From Promethearchaeota archaeon (lineage in GTDB: Archaea; Asgardarchaeota; Lokiarchaeia; Sigyniarchaeales; SOKP01): a DNA stretch of 12,484 bases. Both the position numbers and the translations under genes were made by a program. This document shows, in pieces, positions 1 to 6,744 of this stretch. The DNA lies in the NCBI GenBank assembly GCA_048938895.1, contig JBHLLU010000087.1, positions 1 through 12,484 on the forward strand, given 5' to 3'. Every line of letters begins with the position of its first letter. Positions within the stretch are counted from its first letter, which is position 1. A model generated the notes under the pieces. That model was not told where the DNA came from and ran no database searches. It was given only the letters and a program-made list of their open reading frames with translations.

Positions 1-1
1 A

Positions 2-388
2 TTTCCGAATTTAAATTTGTTAAATTTAATGCTTAAACATATTTTAGATGAGAAAATAGAGTTTGCTACAAGTGGGAGCTATAAGTTCAAGGAAAAAGAA
101 AAAATTGATGAGGAGTCTGAATATAGCGTTTTTGCAGAACATATTACCGCTAGAGATGGACTACACATTGTAGAAACTACAGAATATGGTGCGTCCATTG
201 ATACTATAGAACTAAATGCTAAAATAAAGGTTGAAAGCCCAAAAGCGTTATTAATTATTCTTGAATCTGAAGATGAGGTCTGGATCCCTAAAAGTACAGT
301 GCATAATGAGTATGATTTAAAAAATAAAGAGTTTCAGAAATTTTTAGTCGATAAATGGATTATCGAAAAGTCTAAAATTTTGCAATAG
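2..388 (+). CDS. Hypothetical protein, 5'-truncated by the window edge
   Basis: The frame is open from position 2 (TTT CCG AAT TTA AAT TTG...) to TAG at 386-388. Composition is protein-like. The C-terminal 'ESPKALLI..EVWIPKS' segment resembles small beta-rich domains of unknown function. Confidence 0.75.
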   Translation, partial: FPNLNLLNLMLKHILDEKIEFATSGSYKFKEKEKIDEESEYSVFAEHITARDGLHIVETTEYGASIDTIELNAKIKVESPKALLIILESEDEVWIPKSTVHNEYDLKNKEFQKFLVDKWIIEKSKILQ

Positions 389-467
389 AAATCTTTAATT
401 CAAAAAAAAGATACACTAATACAAAATCTCATTCTTTTCTCGTTAATTACAAAAGATTTGATACTTA

Positions 468-1298
468 ATGGAACCAAATATTGATTTTTTAAAGCAAATT
501 GCTTTTAATGTATATGATGCTGTGAATCCCCTGCTGGGGACAAAACAAGCAGCCAAGAAATCAGAAAGAGGTGCAGGGGGAGATATTACGATGTATCTTG
601 ATATTGTTGCAGAAACAACAATCATTAAAACATTAGAAAAGGAAAATCTAGATATATTATTAATCAGTGAAGAAGCAGGAGAAAAATTTATTGGTAATTG
701 TAATAAAGTAAAAGAAAACCACTTTAAATTAATAGTTGATCCTTTGGACGGTTCTAATAATGCTGTAAGGGGTGTTCCATATAGTTCCGTCTCTATCGCA
801 TTTGCTAGGGGGAATCATATTGATGATATTACTAAGGCGGTTGTTCTTAACTTAAATACAAAAGATATTTACTGGGCAGAAAAAGGAAAAGGGTCTTATC
901 TAAATAATTCTAAAATTCAAGTCTCAAATTTGGATATTTCACAACAATGTTTCTTTGAACTTAATCTCCCAATGAAAAATCTTATGGAAAATTTGCAGAA
1001 GTTAAGCCCCTTGATAAGAAGATTTTATCGGATTAGAATATTAGGGAGTAGTGCTCTTACATTATGCCAGATAGCTAGTGGATCTATGGAAGCATTTGTT
1101 AATTTGAGAAAGAGCAATAGACTAGTGGATGTAGCAGCTGGCTCGTTGATTTTAAAAGAGGCAGGAGGAAAGATTTTTTCATTACAAGGAAATGAAATCA
1201 ACCAAGAGTTATCAATAAAAGTTAAGTTTCCGTTTATTGCATGTAATACTAAGCTCGAAGCTTTTCTTAAAAAAGAATTAATTAATTTTAGAACTTAA
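468..1298 (+). CDS. suhB: Archaeal-type bifunctional inositol monophosphatase / fructose-1,6-bisphosphatase (FIG superfamily)
   Basis: Motifs GAGGDITMYLDIVAE, ISEE, IVDPLDGSNN, RILGSSAL and RLVDVAAG..ILKEAGG. The R-x-x-D-x-A form in place of bacterial WD is typical of the archaeal MJ0109/AF2372 type. Confidence 0.93.
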   Translation: MEPNIDFLKQIAFNVYDAVNPLLGTKQAAKKSERGAGGDITMYLDIVAETTIIKTLEKENLDILLISEEAGEKFIGNCNKVKENHFKLIVDPLDGSNNAVRGVPYSSVSIAFARGNHIDDITKAVVLNLNTKDIYWAEKGKGSYLNNSKIQVSNLDISQQCFFELNLPMKNLMENLQKLSPLIRRFYRIRILGSSALTLCQIASGSMEAFVNLRKSNRLVDVAAGSLILKEAGGKIFSLQGNEINQELSIKVKFPFIACNTKLEAFLKKELINFRT

Positions 1299-1301
1299 TT
1301 C

Positions 1302-2378
1302 TTAATCTGGTATATTAATAGGATATTTTCCATACTTTCTTCTAATATTTTGCATTGCCTCAAAACGATCAACTGTAACTGCTGGATTAATACTATGACC
1401 TGAACCAAAAATATAACCTCCATTAGGTCCTAATTCACGAATTAACTTCTTTGCGTAAGCTTCTATCTCTGAAATCTCTCCCATTGCTAGCATGACAGGG
1501 CTTAAATTACCAGAAAAAGTTATTTGATGACCAAATTTTTCATTTAACTTAAAAATATCATAATCTGGATTCGCTGTCATTGGTTCAATTGGATTTAATA
1601 CATCTACACCACAATCTATGATGTCTTCAAAAATTTCTAATAAGTCACCATCAGAATGTAATACTATTTTACAATCACTTTTATGGGCAGCAGCACAAAT
1701 CTGCCTAAGCCATGGAAAGACATATTTTCTATAATTTTGAGGACTCATGAACAATCCGTTTTTAAAACCATAATCATCCCATAACAAAACCATTTGGGCG
1801 TCATTCTCTGCCAAGATTTTTACTATATCTAACGTGAATTTGCCACGATCGTCAAAAACCTTTTTTGCATTTTTTGGTTTAGCCATTAATCTTGAAAATG
1901 ATTCGATGCCAAAACCCTCCCAAGTGCATTCCATTAATGCTCCTGTCGCGGGAATTGAAAATATTTCATCTTTCAACTCATTCTGAGTTTTTCTTCCTAA
2001 CGTAAATTGCTCCAGTCTAATATTAAGATTAGGATCTGGTTGTTCCCAGCTCTCGTATTCTTCAAATGATTTGAACTGTCCCCCATAATAACCACCTATA
2101 CTTGTTCCGTCTTTATAATATTCATACTTAATTATTCTTCCATACTCATCCACATATCCTCCTTTAAAGAATTTCCTTGGAAAGAGACTTACAATACTCA
2201 CCGCTAGATCTAAACCAACTCTCCGGTAAAATTCATATAAAATTTTATATCCCCGACCAGTAAGATCCATACCATAATGTTTCATAATGGTATTATTGGT
2301 AAATGCGCTTTCAAATGCAGGAACCCTATCAGGTTCTTCATGATTAACAGCTTTTAATATCCTTTCTGGTGCTTTCAT
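1302..2378 (-). CDS. Uroporphyrinogen decarboxylase (URO-D)/MtaA-like family protein, possibly a methylcobalamin-dependent methyltransferase; probably not true HemE
   Basis: N-terminal ERILKAVNHEEPDRVP, then DEYG, WDDYGFKNGLFMSP, LHSDGD, GVDVLNPIEP, FSGNL and GGYIFGSGHSI...DRFEAM. Confidence 0.88.
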   Translation of the reverse strand: MKAPERILKAVNHEEPDRVPAFESAFTNNTIMKHYGMDLTGRGYKILYEFYRRVGLDLAVSIVSLFPRKFFKGGYVDEYGRIIKYEYYKDGTSIGGYYGGQFKSFEEYESWEQPDPNLNIRLEQFTLGRKTQNELKDEIFSIPATGALMECTWEGFGIESFSRLMAKPKNAKKVFDDRGKFTLDIVKILAENDAQMVLLWDDYGFKNGLFMSPQNYRKYVFPWLRQICAAAHKSDCKIVLHSDGDLLEIFEDIIDCGVDVLNPIEPMTANPDYDIFKLNEKFGHQITFSGNLSPVMLAMGEISEIEAYAKKLIRELGPNGGYIFGSGHSINPAVTVDRFEAMQNIRRKYGKYPINIPD

Positions 2379-2432
2379 TTTTCCCTAATTCTTAAGAATT
2401 ATTTAAAATTCTTATAAATATTAACATTAATC

Positions 2433-3068
2433 TTGGTAAATAAAAATAATTCTTTAAAGAATGTAAAAGTGCCGGAGAATATTTTAAACAGACTCAGTAG
2501 AGAGTTTTTTGATAGAAGAACTGAAAAAGTGGCAGAAGAATTGATAGGTAAATATCTAATAAGAGAAACAGTGAAGGGGAAAATCGTTGGTAAAATCATT
2601 GAAGTTGAAGCATACCTCGGTCCTACTGATAAGGCAAGTCATTCGTATAACTACAAAAAGACAGAAAGGACAAAAGTTATGTATGAAAAACCAGGCACTC
2701 TTTATGTCTATTTAGTTTATGGGATGTATTTCTGCCTAAATGTTATTACAGAACCAATAGATATGCCTTGCGCAGTTCTAATTAGACAATTATATCCTAT
2801 TGATGGAATTGAATTAATGCGTGAAAATCGAAATGTAGAGATTGGTAAGGATTATAAAAATTTGGTTGATGGTCCTGGAAAATTCTGTATGGCTTTTAAA
2901 ATAACGAAAGAAGATTTCAACGGAGAGGATTCTTGTGCATCTAATGCACGACTATATTTTACTCAAGGAGAAAAGATAGATCAGGAAAAGATCATAAAGA
3001 GCAAAAGAATTGGTATTGATTATGCTCAAGGTGATAAAGATCTCCTTCTGAGATACACTTTAATTTAG
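2433..3068 (+). CDS. mpg: DNA-3-methyladenine glycosylase (MPG/AAG family)
   Basis: Motifs EFFDR..VAEELIGK, IIEVEAYLGPTDKASHSY, GTLYVYLVYGMYFCLNV, AVLIR, GPGK and RIGI. The start is uncertain (TTG 2433 or GTG 2469). Confidence 0.95.
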   Translation: MVNKNNSLKNVKVPENILNRLSREFFDRRTEKVAEELIGKYLIRETVKGKIVGKIIEVEAYLGPTDKASHSYNYKKTERTKVMYEKPGTLYVYLVYGMYFCLNVITEPIDMPCAVLIRQLYPIDGIELMRENRNVEIGKDYKNLVDGPGKFCMAFKITKEDFNGEDSCASNARLYFTQGEKIDQEKIIKSKRIGIDYAQGDKDLLLRYTLI

Positions 3069-3231
3069 AAAAAAAATGGAATAATTGTTCTTTTTCTACA
3101 TTTTCCTGTGAAAAATTAGACATTAATGGATAAATTTATAAATATGCATTTTTCAATAATACCTTGCAGTAGGTTTAATGGTTGTAGGTTTAGTTTAAAT
3201 AAGATTAAATTATCTTAAAAGTGAATATTTC

Positions 3232-3678
3232 ATGAAGGATGCACTAAAATTCTTTCAAGCTTATGTGAAAGAAATGATTGATGTGGGAGGGAATAATCTA
3301 CCGAAAGCTATTTCTTCTAAATCTGGTGCTAAGTTAGGAAAAGTATATAAAAAAAAGGATCTGCCATTGAATATTGAAAGTGCATTAAATCAAATTTATC
3401 GCGTTTTGAGTGCTAAACCAAAAGTAATAAAAATAAATGACCACACTTATGAGGTTATTATTAGATATCCAAAGAAGTTCTGTCCAATTGGAGGATCTGA
3501 GAACTCCAACGCAACCTTATTCCAAGAAAACATTTGTATACCGTATACTAGGGGTTTTTTGAATGAACTCTTCCCAGAGTTTAAGTTCGAATCTGATATC
3601 TTGAATTGTATTCCTCTAAACAACCATCGAACGTGTCATTATATATTAAAGGTGGAAAAAAAAGCAAATTCAGCATGA
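3232..3678 (+). CDS. Stand-alone V4R / methanogen-output-domain-like small ligand- or metal-binding protein
   Basis: Helical N-terminus with GAKLGK, followed by the Cys pattern FCPIGG ... ICIPYTRGFL ... NCIP ... TCHYIL, typical of V4R/MetOD1-type folds. Confidence 0.65.
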   Translation: MKDALKFFQAYVKEMIDVGGNNLPKAISSKSGAKLGKVYKKKDLPLNIESALNQIYRVLSAKPKVIKINDHTYEVIIRYPKKFCPIGGSENSNATLFQENICIPYTRGFLNELFPEFKFESDILNCIPLNNHRTCHYILKVEKKANSA

Positions 3679-3735
3679 ATTTCTCATTTCCATTTTAATT
3701 ATAATGATCTCAAATCTATAAAATTAGGAATACTG

Positions 3736-3750
3736 AAAAAAGATTAAAAA
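3736..3750 (-). terminator. Oligo-T archaeal-type terminator of the SRP RNA
   Basis: The minus strand reads GGG-TTTTTAATCTTTTTT immediately after the 3' terminal stem of the RNA. Confidence 0.55.
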
Positions 3751-4085
3751 CCCGAACCTCGGCCTCAATCCTACTACTAAAACCAAATGCTACGCCTCTC
3801 CACACCCTTACTATAAAGCGTAAACACCTATAGTTATGGTTGAGAAGACCTGCGAACTGCAATGATAGTCATTTGCTCCATCCCTGGCCTTACCAGTTTC
3901 CTAATTAAGGGCATATACCTTTCCTTCAAAAGGCACCACCCAGATACCTACCATTATAGGGAGCGCTTCGACGAGAACATAACGCTGGCTAATAATACTC
4001 ATGAACCCTTGATACGGGCAATTTCCGCTATGAGGATTTTACGGTCCGTCCAGCAATGGGACTTCAGACCACCCCAAAAGGTCCA
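3751..4085 (-). ncRNA. ffs: Signal recognition particle (7S/SRP) RNA, archaeal large type
   Basis: GC-enriched island folding on the minus strand. Helix 6 is GGGUG-GUGCCUUUU-GAAG-GAAAGGUAU-A-UGCCC with a GNAR tetraloop (3909-3941). The helix 8 apex is AGG-CCA-GGGA-UGG-AGCA, a GNRA loop plus the SRP54-binding symmetric loop (3874-3890). Long helix 5 pairs 3973-3994 with 3775-3800, 3954-3966 with 3802-3816 and 3941-3950 with 3821-3830. The terminal stem is GGACCUU/GAGGUUC. The many G-U pairs work only on the minus strand. Confidence 0.82.
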
Positions 4086-4105
4086 TGATATAGAATGATC
4101 TTATC

Positions 4106-4120
4106 AATAAAAATTTAGCG
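4106..4120 (-). promoter_or_regulatory. Putative BRE/TATA promoter of the SRP RNA
   Basis: The minus strand reads CGCTAAA-TTTTTATT, centred about 25 nt upstream of the proposed 5' end at 4085. Confidence 0.45.
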
Positions 4121-4152
4121 CAAAGATTAATGAATTTTTGAAATCTTAATTT

Positions 4153-4308
4153 TTATTCTATTACTTCTTTATGAATTTTCCGCTTCAGAATTGAGATAAA
4201 TTCATTTGTGTCTGGAAAAACATAAACTAAATTTTCACCATCATCATCCACAATTATTTCTTTAGAAAATTTTCCATTAACTTTAGCTTTTAAGTCATTT
4301 AAAATCAT
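4153..4308 (-). CDS. Small hypothetical protein (51 aa from the ATG at 4308)
   Basis: MILNDLKAKVNGKFSKEIIVDDDGENLVYVFPDTNEFISILKRKIHKEVIE has protein-like composition and fills the gap between two minus-strand genes. The longer TTG start at 4377 runs through T-rich, non-coding-looking sequence. Confidence 0.5.
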   Translation of the reverse strand: MILNDLKAKVNGKFSKEIIVDDDGENLVYVFPDTNEFISILKRKIHKEVIE

Positions 4309-4385
4309 AAATGTAGAATACAAAAAAACTCTCAAAAATAGATATAGCATGGTGATAATATTTATCAACAATATCAAGAACCTCT

Positions 4386-5252
4386 CTACATAGCTTGGGT
4401 TACAAGAAGTTGATCTAAGAAAACTTTTATCTGCTCATGATTGGCCCGTCCATTATTAAATATACTATTAAAGTATCTGTTTAAGTAAATCTTAATCTCG
4501 GAATTAAGATCTCTTATATCCACATAACTATATCTATTTTTTAACTTCTTTTCATCAATTAAAGGCTTGATATGTTTTTCAATTCTGTCTAATATAAATC
4601 CTGTAACTGCACTGTTCACTTTTAGCTTGTCAGAATGAGATAATTCATAATCACTATGAATTGATTTATCTTTAATCTCATTCATTTCTATCAGAATCTC
4701 TTCCAAATCTGCGGATAATTTTAGTAATTTTATTTTTTTAGAAAGATTTTTATCCTTATCTTCAGGAAATTGAGAATTGCAGTAGTTTTCTAAATTAGCA
4801 TAAAATTTTACTAAGAGTTTAAAAGTATCAGTAATATCATGCATATTCTCAAAAGCATTTAAATTTAATTCATCTAAGGCAGACTCAATTGTAATTTTAA
4901 CGTTTCCAGCAACATTCTGGAGGTATTGCGAATAATCTTCAAACGGGAACCCAAAATAGTAACTATTATATTTTTCTTTAATATCTTTAGCAGCCACGCT
5001 CTGTGACTGAATCTTCTCTTTTTTAACTATTTCTTTTACAAACTTTAGAACATAATTACAATTTGGACAATAGGTAATCCAAGAGCTTAAAATTACTTCT
5101 AATGGTTTTACACCACTCGAACTTATATAACCATTAAATCCTGATAATTTTTTACCATCTGAAGTAGAAAAAATAGCTTCTTCAGGATAAAATGTTCTCG
5201 GAATGAAATTATTACTACAAACAGGACACTTTAATTTCTCTTTTTCCGTCAT
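4386..5252 (-). CDS. Hypothetical protein with an N-terminal Zn ribbon and a degenerate HEPN/DUF4145-like helical domain
   Basis: CPVC (aa 9-12) and CPNC (aa 62-65). Later LENY...NLSKKIKLL...EMNEIKDKSIH mirrors the LE...L..KI..L...RNxxxH pattern of DUF4145/HEPN. The ORF is solid; the domain call is by eye. Confidence 0.6.
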   Translation of the reverse strand: MTEKEKLKCPVCSNNFIPRTFYPEEAIFSTSDGKKLSGFNGYISSSGVKPLEVILSSWITYCPNCNYVLKFVKEIVKKEKIQSQSVAAKDIKEKYNSYYFGFPFEDYSQYLQNVAGNVKITIESALDELNLNAFENMHDITDTFKLLVKFYANLENYCNSQFPEDKDKNLSKKIKLLKLSADLEEILIEMNEIKDKSIHSDYELSHSDKLKVNSAVTGFILDRIEKHIKPLIDEKKLKNRYSYVDIRDLNSEIKIYLNRYFNSIFNNGRANHEQIKVFLDQLLVTQAM

Positions 5253-5504
5253 GACTCGTTTACATCTATGTTTTCAAAATGTATAAATTAACTGTAGTGA
5301 CTTAATAAAGTCATATTTCTATGGGGGAATAGTAATATATATACGTAAATAATATCTGGAACATACTGGCTTTTAAGAAAGGCTGAATTACCAGAGAAAC
5401 TCATTGCCTTTTAATAAGCAGTCATTAAGATTTAATAACAATGTTTTAATATTATCAATATTTATTTAGCAAATACTTATCCAATATGTATTTACAGATT
5501 TAGA

Positions 5505-6617
5505 ATGTTTAAAATGCCAGAAGAAATTGTTTTTATTGATGTAGAAACTCTTGAAAACTTTATGAGAGATGTTTTCGTAGGGCTTGGTGTACCAGAAGAA
5601 GATGCTAGGGTTATTGCTGAAGTACTTATCACATCTGATTTGAGGGGAATCGAATCTCATGGTGTTCAAAGATGTAAGATGTATTACGATAGGATTAAAG
5701 CAGGTATCTATGAAGTAAATACAAAAATAGATATTATTAAAGAAGGACCAACAACGGCACTTTTGGATGGTAATTGTGGGATGGGGCATGTCATCGCACA
5801 TAAGGCAATGAAAATGGCGATTAAAAAAGCAAAAGAATATGGATTAGGAGCTGTCGCGGTGCGTAATAGTACACATTTCGGAATTGCTGGGTATTATAGC
5901 TTAATGGCAATTAAGGAAGGAATGATTGGACTTTCTGTTACAAACGCAAGACCTTCGATCCCACCCACTTTCGGAGTCGAGCCAATGTTGGGAACAAATC
6001 CACTAACTTTTGGGGCACCTACAGATGAGGAGTTTCCTTTTCTAATAGACGCAGCCACTTCAATTATACAGAGGGGCAAGGTTGAAATGTATGATCGAAT
6101 TAATAAGCCGCTTCCTGAGAATACCGTGATTGATGAAAATGGTCAATTCATAACAGATGCAGCAAAGATATTAGCTAAAATGCTGGAACGAAAAGCAGCA
6201 TTGTTACCTGTTGGGGGAAAGGGTGAAGATACAGCAGGATATAAAGGGTATGGATATGCTACTATTGTTGAATTGTTATCAGCAGCACTATCAGGAGGTA
6301 TCTATTTACGAGACACTTTAGGTATTGAAGAGGACGGACAAAAAAGACTTAAGGTAGGGCATTTCTTTTTAGTGATTAATCCAGAAAGGTTTATTGGGAT
6401 TGATTTATTTAAAGACACTGCCGGGAGTATTATGAAGGATCTTAGAAACTCTCCCAAAGAACCGGGTCAGGAAAGAATTTATACTGCAGGAGAAAAAGAG
6501 TATTACGCTGAACAAAATAATAGAGAAAAAGGTATTGCGTTAAATAAGAGTCTTCAAAACGACCTAAAGGTAATGCAGAAAGAACTTGGTTTAGATCAAT
6601 ATAAATTTCCTTTTTAA
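5505..6617 (+). CDS. Ldh_2 family (type 2 malate/L-lactate/L-sulfolactate/ureidoglycolate) dehydrogenase
   Basis: Motifs SDLRGIESHGV, LDGNCGMGH, VRNSTHFGIAGYY, GTNPLTFGAP, LLPVGG..GYKGYG, GHFFLVINP and YTAGEKE. Confidence 0.95.
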   Translation: MFKMPEEIVFIDVETLENFMRDVFVGLGVPEEDARVIAEVLITSDLRGIESHGVQRCKMYYDRIKAGIYEVNTKIDIIKEGPTTALLDGNCGMGHVIAHKAMKMAIKKAKEYGLGAVAVRNSTHFGIAGYYSLMAIKEGMIGLSVTNARPSIPPTFGVEPMLGTNPLTFGAPTDEEFPFLIDAATSIIQRGKVEMYDRINKPLPENTVIDENGQFITDAAKILAKMLERKAALLPVGGKGEDTAGYKGYGYATIVELLSAALSGGIYLRDTLGIEEDGQKRLKVGHFFLVINPERFIGIDLFKDTAGSIMKDLRNSPKEPGQERIYTAGEKEYYAEQNNREKGIALNKSLQNDLKVMQKELGLDQYKFPF

Positions 6618-6678
6618 TTTCTCTTTTCTTTCATTTTATTTTTCATAATTTACTTTTTGTTTATAACTTCTTTTATTT
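6618..6678 (+). terminator. T-rich terminator region after the dehydrogenase
   Basis: Multiple T4-T5 runs immediately follow the stop codon (tttctcttttctttcattttatttttc...tttttg...ctttttattt). Confidence 0.45.
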
Positions 6679-6744
6679 GAAAGAATTTACTTAATATTGA
6701 ATGTTAAGAATTAACAAAAATAATTGAATAAAAGAGTGATTAAA

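Noticed and set aside
443-625. 60-aa minus-strand ORF
   Set aside because: Antisense shadow of the IMPase/FBPase gene.
2399-2599. 66-aa minus-strand ORF
   Set aside because: Antisense shadow of mpg.
3892-3905. AUUAG-GAAA-CUGGU hairpin as a eukaryote-like helix 7
   Set aside because: The same bases are needed for the 5' strand and asymmetric loop of helix 8. It cannot be supported without covariation data.
3751-4085. RNase P RNA as an alternative identity (GAAGUCC; GAAACUGGUAA...GGAGCAA)
   Set aside because: There is no GAGGAAAGUCC-type CR-I or ACAGAA..GCUUA-type CR-V to form P4. The rod-like helix 5 with helices 6 and 8 fits SRP better.
3862-4098. 78-aa + strand ORF
   Set aside because: It lies antisense to the SRP RNA. 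Its composition is atypical and it is likely open because of the local GC enrichment.
5398-5428. SECIS-like AUGA...AAA...UGA hairpin on the minus strand
   Set aside because: The stem is only about 5 bp, much shorter than a SECIS helix II, and no in-frame UGA selenoprotein candidate is nearby.
5466-6079. 111-aa and 61-aa minus-strand ORFs
   Set aside because: Antisense to the well-supported Ldh_2 gene, with no recognisable motifs.
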